A stretch of DNA of 64,000 nucleotides from Saprospiraceae bacterium. Lineage in GTDB: Bacteria > Bacteroidota > Bacteroidia > Chitinophagales > Saprospiraceae. Each line of letters starts with the position of its first letter. The stretch's first letter is position 1. This document shows positions 41,231 through 51,794 of this stretch, piece by piece. Position numbers and translations under genes: made by a program. The stretch covers positions 4,542 to 68,541 of the forward strand of contig JAWKLL010000021.1 of assembly GCA_041392765.1 (NCBI GenBank), written 5' to 3'. The notes under the pieces were generated by a model. The model ran no database searches and had not been told where the DNA came from. It saw only the letters and a list, made by a program, of their open reading frames with translations.

Positions 41231-42177
41231 ATGCAAACAAGGTTCATTGCTTATATAATCGCACTGTTTATCCTAACTATTAGTTGTGATAACCGCGAGT
41301 CGTTGTTATTAGTAAATGTACCAGCCGAAGCCCCCTACTTTTTGTAGAAGCTTTCATATCGGATGGTACAAAACCCACCATCAAACTACAGAAAACACGC
41401 CCTGTCAATGGTGAATTTATAGCCCCCACTGAAGTAGATGTCACAGATGCGCAAATCACCCTCTTTCAAGATGGTCAGCCTTTTGTTAACTTTTTCTTTC
41501 AAAGTGACACCACAAAAGCGTATGAAACAGTAACCGATTTTTTGGGTCATATTGATACAACTAAAATATTAGAAAGCGTAAAAAACTATTATACAACCGA
41601 TACTCCTCTATCGTTACAAAAAAATGCCCTTTACCACATAGAGATAACAGCTAATGGCTATCCCCGTGTCATTAGTGAAGACATCCTTTTTTTAGATGAA
41701 ATCGCTATTGAGGATGCTCAGGTTGATAGATTAGGATATATTGCAGAGAGTACTTATTTGCTATCCTCCGTTTCATTTTTACTGAGAAAGGAGGGGCGTG
41801 CGACGAGGCAACAAAGCCTGTTTTCTATTTATCCGTGGTATAAATCACCTGAACTCCAAGAAGAAACCAGAAAACTCATAAGACGTTCATTTGGTCAAAA
41901 TATCCCTCCTTTGGAGAATGCGGTTATCCGAGTTAACTATCAAAACATCTATTTACATGATGTGTATGATAGTTCAGGTCTTGCATTTCCCCATGAGGGG
42001 GCTTGCGTACTGGTAGAAACACTGAAAGAGGAGGCATTGGAATACAATGAAGCATTACTTGAAAACTCGGGATATATAGGAGGATTTTTTCCACCCAATC
42101 CGTACTTCCCCCATAACGTACAGGGTGGATATGGGATTTTTTCCATTGTAGAAAGAGATAGTATCAGGTTATATTGA
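41231..42177 (+). pseudogene. DUF4249-like lipoprotein (TBDR partner) with a frameshift near 41340
   Basis: The ATG at 41231 gives MQTRFIAYIIALFILTISCDN (lipobox). After a frame change it continues ..VEAFISDGTKPTIKLQKTRPVNG.. into ORF 41542-42177. A CarboxypepD_reg-type TBDR lies immediately downstream. Confidence 0.6.
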
Positions 42178-42251
42178 AAAAGAATCTGACTATCTTTCAC
42201 AAATTAGTTCTCGTATCGCAGTAAAATCAATTAACGCTCTAATAAACAACG

Positions 42252-44576
42252 ATGAAAAAGGCTGCCATCCCCCTGCTCTTATTTGTATCTTTTGTGGAAA
42301 TACTTGCTGCACAGCGTTTCACTTGCCAAGGCTATATCCGCAATGTATTGACAGATGCACCTTTATCTTTTGCCATGATCAGCAATGGAGAAGAAGCCGT
42401 TTATGCCGATGAAATGGGGCATTATCAGTTTTCCTTTTTCTCAATGGAAAGGGATACATTATCATATACGATGCTGGGTTTTTCTCCCATGCAGTTGATA
42501 TGGCCGTATGACAGCCTCCAGATGTCGCTTGTACATTTGACACCAAATGTTGAATTACCTGCCATTATTGTACGCGCACCTGCTTCAGTAGCACCAGGAG
42601 GAAGTATCATGGCAGTAGATATTGCTACAATAAAACGCCTCCCTACGCTCGGAGGTGAAATTGATTATATCAAGGGTTTAACGCTGCTACCAGGTATAAG
42701 CGCAGGTGTGGAAGGAACGGCCAACCTTAATATCCGTGGCGGAGAGCCTGAACAGACGCAGTTGCTCATCGATGGTAGTCCTGTGTACAATGCCAATCAT
42801 TTGGGAGGCTTCCTTTCCGCTATTCCTCCGGGTGCGGTAAAACAGATTACGGCTTACAAAGGAGGTGTTCCAGCCCGCTTAGGCGGCAGGTTGAGTGGTG
42901 TTATTGATGTACAATTAAAGGAGAGCATACCAGAAAAAGCCGCCACTGACCTATTAATCGGCACTGGCACTGCAGGTATCACTTTTCATACCCCTGTGAA
43001 TAAAAATATTTCAATACTGGCTTCGGGTAGGTTTGCATACCCTTCTCTGCTCATAGACCTTCTCAATGCAAGTACATTTGAAAAAGGTGTTAGTGGAGAT
43101 AAAACAAACGTTTATGTGAACGATGTTATAATCAAAATTGTAAATCGCCCATCGGAACGCTTAACAACCTCTTTTACATGGTTTCAAAGTAGCGATAAAG
43201 GTTACATACAGGAATCATCAGGAAATGTTATACAGGAGAATTTTGACAAAAAAAACCAAACAGCTTCATTTAGGATGGGATACAGCCTTAGCAATGCTTG
43301 GCATCTAAAAGCTAATGCCTATTTCTCGAACTTCAAGTATCATTATCAGCGAGAAGAGGATATTGTTTACCGTAGGGATTCAATTGTTCATTATAGTAGA
43401 GAGGCTACCCATTCCCGCATTAGGGACTTTGGACTTCGGGTTGCTTTGCAACGCCAGTTTAGCAACACATTCTTCTTTGAAACTGGAACAGATTACGTTT
43501 ATCACTCATTTAGTGCTTCCAACCAAGGGTCGGCTGCTTTTTCTAATGAATTATTCAATCAGTTCAGCAATGACAATAACGCTTTGGAACACGCCTATTT
43601 CGCTTCTTTGCAAGCTCAAATACTACAAAACAAATTTGTCGTGCATGGAGGTATGCGCCTAAGCACCTTGGGTACAGGAAAAGCGACACCTTGGTACGCG
43701 GAACCGAGATTGCGTTTGGAATACAAATTTTCAGGAGGGTTGAGCATCAATGCCAATGTAGAACGACACACGCAATACCTGCATCGGCTTCAGGCCAACG
43801 GCAGTTTATTCCCAAATGAGGTATGGGTTTTAGCCAACAGCAAAGCTATACCGTCAACATCCGATCAATGGTCATTAGGGATAAGTCAACGATCCAATAA
43901 AGTGGAATGGTATGTGGAACTCTTCCACAAACAGCTTCGCAACTTGATCCAGCTTCAATTTGAAGCGGGGAACATCTACGGTTTTGAACGAGACTGGACT
44001 GATCTGATTTATCGAGATGGAAAAGGAAGTGCCAAAGGTGCTGAGTTCTTTTTCACTGGAAGCTTTAAAAAGTGGAAGCCTTCACTGGCCTACACACTAA
44101 TGTCTTCTACCCGCAGATTTGCAGATATTAACAATGGCAATGAGTTCCCTTTCATTTTCGACCGCAGGCACGACATCAATGCGAGCCTAACCTTTACTCC
44201 AAGCTCTAAATGGGAATATAGCGTATTATTTGTTTATCAGACTGGAAATGCCGCCACTATCCCCATTGCCATTGGTAATGGCGTACTCCTATACAATGAT
44301 ATCAATGGGTTTAGAATGCCATCTTATCAGCGCTTAGATACAGGTATTACCAGAAACTGGGAGAAAAATGAAAAAAGAAAAGTCGGTAAATTTCTTAGAT
44401 TGTCCATTTACAATACGCTAAACAGGCTAAATGCACAGGAATTATCAGTACGTCCTGTAAGGAGAGAAGTCAAGAATCCAATTACTATGGTAGAGGAAAC
44501 TGAAACTTCTTGGCAATTGTATCAAGTTGGCTTCTTCCCTATCATCCCTGGTTTGACGTTCGGTATGAATTTTTAG
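42252..44576 (+). CDS. TonB-dependent receptor with an N-terminal CarboxypepD_reg-like domain
   Basis: Intact 774-aa ORF with a signal peptide. The plug motifs are LPGISAGVEGTANLNIRGGEPEQTQLLIDGSPVYN. The barrel has a terminal aromatic (..LTFGMNF*). Confidence 0.85.
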   Translation: MKKAAIPLLLFVSFVEILAAQRFTCQGYIRNVLTDAPLSFAMISNGEEAVYADEMGHYQFSFFSMERDTLSYTMLGFSPMQLIWPYDSLQMSLVHLTPNVELPAIIVRAPASVAPGGSIMAVDIATIKRLPTLGGEIDYIKGLTLLPGISAGVEGTANLNIRGGEPEQTQLLIDGSPVYNANHLGGFLSAIPPGAVKQITAYKGGVPARLGGRLSGVIDVQLKESIPEKAATDLLIGTGTAGITFHTPVNKNISILASGRFAYPSLLIDLLNASTFEKGVSGDKTNVYVNDVIIKIVNRPSERLTTSFTWFQSSDKGYIQESSGNVIQENFDKKNQTASFRMGYSLSNAWHLKANAYFSNFKYHYQREEDIVYRRDSIVHYSREATHSRIRDFGLRVALQRQFSNTFFFETGTDYVYHSFSASNQGSAAFSNELFNQFSNDNNALEHAYFASLQAQILQNKFVVHGGMRLSTLGTGKATPWYAEPRLRLEYKFSGGLSINANVERHTQYLHRLQANGSLFPNEVWVLANSKAIPSTSDQWSLGISQRSNKVEWYVELFHKQLRNLIQLQFEAGNIYGFERDWTDLIYRDGKGSAKGAEFFFTGSFKKWKPSLAYTLMSSTRRFADINNGNEFPFIFDRRHDINASLTFTPSSKWEYSVLFVYQTGNAATIPIAIGNGVLLYNDINGFRMPSYQRLDTGITRNWEKNEKRKVGKFLRLSIYNTLNRLNAQELSVRPVRREVKNPITMVEETETSWQLYQVGFFPIIPGLTFGMNF

Positions 44577-44889
44577 AAAGATGCTAATATAAGTAATTTG
44601 ACGGAAACAAAGTATTCTGCTACAACCAAACAGTGACACATATTTCAGACCAATAATGGCATAGATAGCTGCGAAACATCCTTTGCCCATACGCTCCGAG
44701 GTCTCTTCAACAAGACCCTGCTAATCAGGATTCAATAGTGGTAAAATTGAAGCTCATTACCCTATTTTTCAAAGAACTAAGTAAATAGTGGGCGATTATT
44801 GCTTAAAAGTGTAAAAAAACCTTATTTTTCTGCAAAATATTCCTTGAGTTCGTTTTATATTCAACACTTGGGCAGCTAAAATATATGTT

Positions 44890-47800
44890 ATGAAGTCAAT
44901 CCACCACCTGTTTGCTACAGTTTCCCTCCTTGTGTTCATAAGCGTGACACACCTGTTTTCGCAGTCATGCAACACCTATATCGCCGACAACAAAATAGTT
45001 GGTGGCATGCACTTGCTCAAATCAACCAATACCACCTTGGTAGTGAGGGGCAATTATTCTTATGCCATCACGCTATCATCGGATGACAAAGGGATAACAG
45101 CTGCATTAGAATCCATAGGTGGAGAAGAATTCAATCAAGACGATGAAGTTATTTTCATGGATGCCAATCAAACGCGCCGGAGCTATCGCTTTGTAGGTAT
45201 GGGAGAAATACGGCAACAGGGTGGTATTCCTGTTTATACCAACGTTCTCCAATTAGATATGACGGCGCTTCAATGGTTTGCACAAAACAGTATCAACACC
45301 TTCTACCTCAAAAACAACCTCAGCAACCAGATGCGAAAATTCACTTTGCAGGATAATCGTCTGGCTGACTTTAGCAATATGTCTCGTTGTTTTTATGAGG
45401 TACTCGATCCCAACAAAGTGATTGACAAAGGAGAGGCGGGGCTATTAATTCCTTCAGCATCCGCAACAACGCGTACCACTTCTGCATCCGAAGCCAATAC
45501 CTCATTGTCGGTACCGCGCACCCAGTCCGCCCAGCCTACGACCGATCAGGAATTAGTTGATTTGCGCAAAGAATTAGCCGACACCAAAGCGCGTTTGCGG
45601 GCGGAAATTGAGGCGGAACGCAAACGGGCCGACCAAATCAAGAGCAACATTCAGGCCGAAGTAACAGCCGCACAAGAACAAGCAGCCAAGCAGAAGCAAG
45701 CAATCGCAGATGAAGTTTTACAGGCTCGCCAGCAGGCACAAGAAGTAGTAGCTGCCACCCAACAAGAATCTGCCACCGAAGTACAAGCCGCCCGTGAAAG
45801 AGCACAATCCGAAATTGCCAGCATCCAAGGGGATGTGCAACAAGCACGAGAGCGTGCGAACGCTGCCGTACAGCAGGCGCAGTTGGAATCAGCTGAAGCC
45901 GTGAAAAATGCACGGGATAATGCCGCTCGCGAGTTGGAGCAAATCCGCACCAAGTTGGAAGAAGCTAAGACTACATACGCGGATGAAGTAGCCAGCGCAA
46001 GGGAAACCTCCAACGCGGAGTTGTCGCGCATACGGGAAGAAACCGCCCGTACCATTCAGCAAGCGCGGGAACAAGCCAAGACTGAACAAAACCGCACCGT
46101 AGAAGAAGTTGTCACCCAAAAGCAGACCGCCAGCCAACAAATTCTACAGATACAAGAGCAAACTGCCGAAGAAGTGGCTCAAATACGGGAAAATGCCGTA
46201 TTAGAAAAAGAGAAAATCGCTTTTGAAGTGGCAGAAGCGCGACGTAAAGCCGCTGAACAAAAGGCCTTGGTTGAACAGGAAAACGCCAATGAAATAGCCG
46301 CGCTGCGCGAAACCGTAGCGAAAGAAAAAGAAGTGGCAGCCGTAGCAGTAGCGGCCACTAAAGAACGGGCGGCTGAAGAAATTGGCGCGATACAGGAAGG
46401 CGTGGCGCAAGAAAAAGACAGGGCATCCGATGCCGTAGCCGCTTCCCGAGAAGCAAGTGCTAATGCCATTGCTGCCGATCAGGCAAAAGCCGCCGAAGAA
46501 CAACAACGCGCCGCTGCATCGGTGCAATCAGCAAGGGAAAAAGCCCAACAAACGATTTCGCAAATCAATGAGGAAGAAGCCAATAAAGTGGCCGAAGCAC
46601 GTAGCCATGCTGCCGCTGAAAAAAGCAAAATAGCGGAAGAAGTTCAAGCAGCTCGGCAGCGTGCCGCCGAAGAAATGCAGCGGATTCAGCAAGAAACCCA
46701 GCAGCAAGTAGCAGTAGCTAAATCTAAACAAGAAGAAATATTGCAAGCTGCTGCCGCCGAAGTAGAAGCGGCTCGTAAACGGGCTGAAGCGGAAATACAA
46801 GCCGCGCGAGAAGCTGCTCAACAACAAGTAGCCAGCACACAGGAACAAGCGGGTGCCGCCAAAGCCGCTTATGCAGAGGAGGTAGCCGCCGCTAAAGCCC
46901 AAGCAGAAACGAGGAGAAAGGAAATTGAGGCTGCTGCTGCAGCAGCTATTCAGGATGCTAAAGAAAAAGAAGCAGCGACCCTCAATAGCTCTGCTGCCGA
47001 GATTCAACAGGCAAGGGAAAAAGCAGCACAACAACTCACTGCCGAGCGCGAAAAAGTAGCGCAGGAAATCGCCGCAGCTCGCCAAAAAGCTTCGCAAGAG
47101 CAGGAACTCGCAGCTACCTCCGTGGCAGAAGCCCGCCGCTCGAGTGCTGAACAGATAGCCACTATTCGCCAACAAGAAGCCGAACAAGTACGCACCACTG
47201 CTGAAAATGCCGCTAACGAAAGACAGCGCATAGCCAGCGAGCTTGCCAACGAGCGGCAGCGCGTTGAGCAAGAAAAAGCAAGCATAAGGGAGCAACTTGT
47301 CAACGAGGTAAAAGAAGCTCGCGAAAACGCCGCCCGCGAAAAAGAAAAACTAGCCGTGGAGGTACTCAATGCGCGGCAGCAAGCCAGTCAAAATGTGCAG
47401 CAGGCACGGGAAAATGAAGCCCAAGCCATAGCCACGGCGCAAAGGGAAGCCAACGCCCGCATTTCAACCGCTAAAACAGCAGCCGATGAAGCTGAAGCAA
47501 CGTCTGCCGAGCGTATCACTACGGCACGAACCAGAGCCGACAAGGAAATGGAAGTACTCCGCGATCGGGTGCGGCAAGAGTTAGAGACGAGCCGCAAAGA
47601 AACCACCGAGAAAAAAGCGGCTTATAACGCCGAGGCAGAAGCTGAACGGCTGAGATTGCAGGAGGAATTGGCCACTGCTCGCCAAGAATCATCCGATGCG
47701 GTGTATGAAGCACGCCGACAGGCCAATGAACAAATCACGCAAATAAAAGCAGACAATGCCGCCAGCATAGCCGAAGAAAAAGCCAAAGCCGATGCCGCTA

Positions 47801-47928
47801 AGCAAAAGCTACAGGAAGAAACTACCTCCGCACAGCAACGCCTTAGTGAGCTTCAAACTCAAATCCGAGCTGCAGAAGAGAAACTAAAGCAGTTACAGCA
47901 ACAAACCGGAAAGGATAATAAAGATTAA
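44890..47928 (+). CDS. Secreted protein with an approximately 230-aa N-terminal domain plus approximately 780 aa of A/E/Q/R-rich repetitive coiled coil
   Basis: Intact 1012-aa ORF. The signal peptide is MKSIHHLFATVSLLVFISVTHLFSQ. From about residue 230 onward it is an uninterrupted helical low-complexity region with a recurring x-E-[VI]-x-x-A-R-x-x-A-x motif. Confidence 0.8.
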   Translation: MKSIHHLFATVSLLVFISVTHLFSQSCNTYIADNKIVGGMHLLKSTNTTLVVRGNYSYAITLSSDDKGITAALESIGGEEFNQDDEVIFMDANQTRRSYRFVGMGEIRQQGGIPVYTNVLQLDMTALQWFAQNSINTFYLKNNLSNQMRKFTLQDNRLADFSNMSRCFYEVLDPNKVIDKGEAGLLIPSASATTRTTSASEANTSLSVPRTQSAQPTTDQELVDLRKELADTKARLRAEIEAERKRADQIKSNIQAEVTAAQEQAAKQKQAIADEVLQARQQAQEVVAATQQESATEVQAARERAQSEIASIQGDVQQARERANAAVQQAQLESAEAVKNARDNAARELEQIRTKLEEAKTTYADEVASARETSNAELSRIREETARTIQQAREQAKTEQNRTVEEVVTQKQTASQQILQIQEQTAEEVAQIRENAVLEKEKIAFEVAEARRKAAEQKALVEQENANEIAALRETVAKEKEVAAVAVAATKERAAEEIGAIQEGVAQEKDRASDAVAASREASANAIAADQAKAAEEQQRAAASVQSAREKAQQTISQINEEEANKVAEARSHAAAEKSKIAEEVQAARQRAAEEMQRIQQETQQQVAVAKSKQEEILQAAAAEVEAARKRAEAEIQAAREAAQQQVASTQEQAGAAKAAYAEEVAAAKAQAETRRKEIEAAAAAAIQDAKEKEAATLNSSAAEIQQAREKAAQQLTAEREKVAQEIAAARQKASQEQELAATSVAEARRSSAEQIATIRQQEAEQVRTTAENAANERQRIASELANERQRVEQEKASIREQLVNEVKEARENAAREKEKLAVEVLNARQQASQNVQQARENEAQAIATAQREANARISTAKTAADEAEATSAERITTARTRADKEMEVLRDRVRQELETSRKETTEKKAAYNAEAEAERLRLQEELATARQESSDAVYEARRQANEQITQIKADNAASIAEEKAKADAAKQKLQEETTSAQQRLSELQTQIRAAEEKLKQLQQQTGKDNKD

Positions 47929-48665
47929 TAAGCCAACATCCGCTCCGCCAGTGTCAAATCTTCGGGTGTATCTATGCCAATGGAAGAAAAAGGGGTCTCC
48001 CCTACCCGTATCCTGTAGCCTGCTTCTAACCAACGTAGCTGTTCTAGGGATTCTGCTTGCTCCCATTTGCCGAGTGGCAAACGCGTAATCGCGTCTAATA
48101 CTTCCCGTCGGTAGGCGTATAAACCTAGATGTTGGTAGTGCAATCCCTGCTCCAACCAGTTGGCGGGTTCTATACCGCGAAGGTATGGAATGGGATTTCG
48201 ACTAAAATATAGTGCTTTGCCGTCGCTGGCAAAGACGGCCTTTACTACATGGGGGCTAAAAAGGCTTTCTTCTTTTACAATAGGTGTCACCAATGTTGCT
48301 ATATCCGTGGATGCGTTATCGAATAAATCGCATAGCTGTTCAATCTGTTCGCTGCGCACAAAAGGCTCATCACCCTGAATATTTACTATAATATCTATAT
48401 CCGACAGCCACTGAGCCGCTTCCGCCAATCTATCGGTGCCGCTGGGATGATCTGGGCTTGTCATAACTACTTCGCCACCAAAATCCACCACAGCTGTACG
48501 GATACGCTCATCATCGGTTGCTACTAATACCCTTGTGAGTTTTTCGCAACTGCTGGCTCGCTCATACACATGTTGGATCATAGGCTTGCCGCTAAGCAAG
48601 GCCAAAGGTTTACCCGGAAATCGGGTGGACGCATACCGCGCTGGTATGATGGCTGCGATTTTCAT
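47925..48665 (-). CDS. kdsB: 3-deoxy-manno-octulosonate cytidylyltransferase (CMP-Kdo synthetase)
   Basis: MKIAAIIPARYASTRFPGKPLA...NIQGDEP.. matches the KdsB pattern. The ORF is intact. An alternative start lies at 48677. Confidence 0.9.
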   Translation of the reverse strand: MKIAAIIPARYASTRFPGKPLALLSGKPMIQHVYERASSCEKLTRVLVATDDERIRTAVVDFGGEVVMTSPDHPSGTDRLAEAAQWLSDIDIIVNIQGDEPFVRSEQIEQLCDLFDNASTDIATLVTPIVKEESLFSPHVVKAVFASDGKALYFSRNPIPYLRGIEPANWLEQGLHYQHLGLYAYRREVLDAITRLPLGKWEQAESLEQLRWLEAGYRIRVGETPFSSIGIDTPEDLTLAERMLAY

Positions 48666-48761
48666 GGTTTCTTTCATCTCATAAAAGTAAAGATACTTCT
48701 ACAATTCCGAATTGTTTTTTGTCACTGCTTGTCATTCAATAACAATAATCCAATTTATACA

Positions 48762-48914
48762 GAGTATGTCTAAAATTACCTCAATTGGCTGCAAGCGTTC
48801 AGTTTTGTTTTGTTTATAAATGCTCGCCGATGCTTCCGGCATCGACTGGCTTTTCGCCTTGAACAAACAAAAACTTATTCGCTTTCGCTCAATCAGGAAA
48901 ATTTAGACATACTT
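48762..48914. repeat. MITE-like interspersed repeat, family B (copy B2)
   Basis: gagtatgtctaaaattacctcaattggctg ... aaatgctcgccgatgcttccggcatcgact ... ctcaatcaggaaaatttagacatact. It is homologous to 35358-35533. Confidence 0.8.
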
Positions 48915-48969
48915 AATCTTCAATTGTTAAAGTGTTTACTTTGTAGTTCGTCACAACATTCTATGCAGT

Positions 48970-51222
48970 ATGCGGTTTTCCAACCTTCTTTTATACATTG
49001 TATTGCTAGCATATACAAGCATCTATGCGTAATCTATCCAATTCACACCTGATTTTCCTGCTGTTACGCAATACAGCCAAACCGCTTTATATGGTTTCGC
49101 TGGCGGGTTGAACAGCCCACAGTTTTCAGCCGTTGATTTTAATAATGATGGCTTGCAGGATGTCTTTGTCTTCGATCGTGTGGGCGATGTACCGCTTGCT
49201 ATGGTACGGCAGGCTGATGGTTCACTTGTGCTCGACCTTTCTATGCTTTCTGGCTTTCCTCCCCTGCAAGATTGGGTACTGCTACGTGATTACAACCAAG
49301 ATGGCATTCAAGATATTTTCACCTACAACCGTGATTTTGTTTCGGGTATCCGTGTTTTCAAAGGTAGTTATGAAAACAATAAGCTAGTGTTTTCGCCTTT
49401 CCCTTTTGGAGTTACACCCAATATCATCATGGTTTCTACGCCAAGCGGCACTACCCAACTCTATGTTAGCGATATTGACTACCCCGATATTTCCGATTTG
49501 GATTGCGATGGCGACCTTGATATCCTTACGTTCAACCTAAGTGGCGGATACATTGAGTACTACAAAAACCTAAGCATTGAAAACGGCTTCGGCACGGATA
49601 GCCTGCGCTTTACCTTAGCGGAAAATTGCTATGGTGGCATCTATGAAAGTGGCATTACTGCTATGCTTGATTTAGCATCTGCACCGGGGGAATGTGCACA
49701 GGGGATCATCAGTGGCGAGGTGGTTACGCCACGGCACGTTGGCTCTACCCTACTCTGTTTTGATAATGACGGTGACGGCGACAAAGACCTCCTGCTGGGT
49801 GACCTGTCCTTCCCAAATCTCAACATGGCTACCAACGGAGGTAATTGCAACGATGCTTGGATGAATGCACAGGATGCTAGCTTTCCAAGCTATGACCAAC
49901 CCGTTGATCTTCCCATTTTCCCTGCTGCTTTTTTCATGGACGTGGATTTGGATGGCCGACGTGACCTTGTCGCAGCCCCTAACTTAGACCAAAATGGTAT
50001 TGACCACGAAAATGTCTGGTTATACCTCAATGATGGCACCGACTCAGACCCGTCATTTAACTTCCAACAAACCGACTGGTTGGTAAGAGACATGATAGAC
50101 CTCGGCACACGTTCTCATCCGGCAGCTATTGATTACAACGCGGATGGATTAATGGATTTGGTAGTCAGCAATTTTTCCTATTTCGAGCTTTTTGGCGCAA
50201 AAAACACTCGCTTGCTGCTGTACGAAAACACAGGAACGCTCAATCAACCTGCCTTCACCCTCGTGGATGAAGATTTTCTGAATATGAACCAATTCAGTGC
50301 AGACCAAACCGGGCAAGGTACTTTTGACTTGGCGCCAACCTTCGGCGACCTCGATGGCGATGGTGATTGGGATGCTTTGGTAGGAGAAGTTTCCGGCAAT
50401 CTTTTCTTTGTTGAAAATACTGCTGGCCCAGGAGAACCCGCACAGTTTGCTGCGCCTGCTTTTGGCTATATGGATATCGACCCCGGCCAGTCAGTTATTC
50501 CGCAAATCGTAGATTTGAACCGCGATGGATTAGCTGACATCATCCTTGGTGAAAAAAACGGCAACATAAACTATTACCAAAACACAGGTACCGTCGGTGC
50601 CCCCCAGTTTGACAGTGATGAGACCGCCTTGCCTAATGTGCGCAATCTGGGCCAGGTAGATGCCCGCATCCCCGGATATTCAACGGGTTATTCCGCTCCC
50701 ACTTTTGTGGATTTTGACGGCGAATGGTGGCTTTTCATGGGTACCCAATTTGGACAAATTGAGGTTTACAATAACATTAACAACCAATTGGCGGGAGAAG
50801 CTTTCACCCTCCTTAGCGAACAGATCGCCCAGCTTAGCGCAGGAGAGCATCTCCACTTAGCTACGCACGACTGGAATGCCGATGGTTTCTTAGATTTTAT
50901 TGTTGGCAATGAAAGAGGTGGACTCAATTTTTACCATTCGAATATTTCATTATCTGGTGTCGTACCTGTACAAACAACAACGACTGCCCCTTTATTAGCG
51001 ACTGTATCACCCAATCCGGGAAGCACGGCGTTTCAAGTAGAAATATTGCAGCCGACCCCTGCTACCATTACCATTTGGAATACTGCCGGGCAAAGGATAC
51101 ACGATAGTAAATCACAAGAAAAAATACACTTCTTTGATGCTAACGAATGGCCGGCAGGGATGTATATTATTCGCGTGCAGTCGGATAGACAACAGCAATT
51201 GCTCAAGTGGATGAAGATATGA
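48970..51222 (+). pseudogene. FG-GAP/VCBS-repeat protein with a T9SS type A tail; in-frame TAA after the signal peptide
   Basis: The ATG at 48970 gives MRFSNLLLYIVLLAYTSIYA. A TAA at 49030-49032 follows, and the same frame then continues SIQFTPDF..GLNSPQFSAVDFNNDGLQDVF.. through the 704-aa ORF. There are multiple FG-GAP units (D.D.DGD.D). The tail is ..VSPNPGS..GMYIIRVQS... Confidence 0.75.
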
Positions 51223-51253
51223 GCGTATGCCTAAGAGTATATGTAGGAGAACC

Positions 51254-51787
51254 TTACCACTGGCGCATTTTGCGAAAAACGTCCCATACGACGATACCCA
51301 TTGAAACAGCTACGTTCAAGGAGTGCTTAGTGCCAAATTGGGGAATTTCAATGGCGCCATCCGACAAAGCCATAGCTACCTCGCTGACACCCTCTACTTC
51401 GTTGCCAAAAATCAAAGCGACAGGTTGCCCATCTGTTGGTTGAAAATCTTGTAACCAACATCGGCCAATGGCTTGTTCCACCGCCCATATAGCGTACCCT
51501 TCGGAGCGCAAGGCAGCTATCGCCTCGGCTACCTCCTCATGGTAAGACCAACGTACAGATTCCGTTGCACCTAATGCCGTTTTCAGAATTTCGCGGTGAG
51601 GAGGTTGTGCCGTGATACCACACAATACCACTTCGGATAAAGCAAAAGCATCTGCTGTCCGAAATGCAGACCCCACATTGTGGGCCGAACGTACATTATC
51701 TAATACCAACACCAACGGAGTTTTGGGCTGCTCTCGAAAAGCTTCCACCCCTACCCGCTCCAATTCTTCCATTTTCACTTTGCGCAT
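51254..51787 (-). CDS. SpoU/TrmH-family RNA 2'-O-methyltransferase
   Basis: ..LVLDNVRSAHNVGSAFRTADAF.. and ..LIFGNEVEGVS..IPQFGTKHSLNVAVSMGIVVW.. are SPOUT motifs. The start is uncertain (51787 or 51772). Confidence 0.8.
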   Translation of the reverse strand: MRKVKMEELERVGVEAFREQPKTPLVLVLDNVRSAHNVGSAFRTADAFALSEVVLCGITAQPPHREILKTALGATESVRWSYHEEVAEAIAALRSEGYAIWAVEQAIGRCWLQDFQPTDGQPVALIFGNEVEGVSEVAMALSDGAIEIPQFGTKHSLNVAVSMGIVVWDVFRKMRQW

Positions 51788-51794
51788 GACCCAA

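Noticed and set aside
45638-47713. Long antisense ORFs inside the coiled-coil gene, for example 46528-47295 (255 aa), 45651-46055, 47004-47369 and 46179-46527.
   Set aside because: They are products of the strongly biased GCN/GAR/CAR codon usage on the sense strand, which removes stop codons from the antisense frames. Their translations are Cys/Ser/Phe/Leu-rich low-complexity strings with no start context.
47925-47928. 4-nt overlap of the convergent stop regions of the coiled-coil gene and kdsB (ttaataa).
   Set aside because: Overlapping convergent stops in AT-rich TAA contexts are common and need no special explanation. It is recorded only because it leaves no room for a terminator between the genes.
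51207-51443. Plus-strand 78-aa ORF following the FG-GAP gene. Many similar ORFs of 60-200 aa lie antisense to tamB, the TBDRs, the fad genes and others in the ORF track.
   Set aside because: Each lies antisense to a gene with strong family evidence. They have no recognisable motifs and are of the length expected by chance in moderate-GC DNA.
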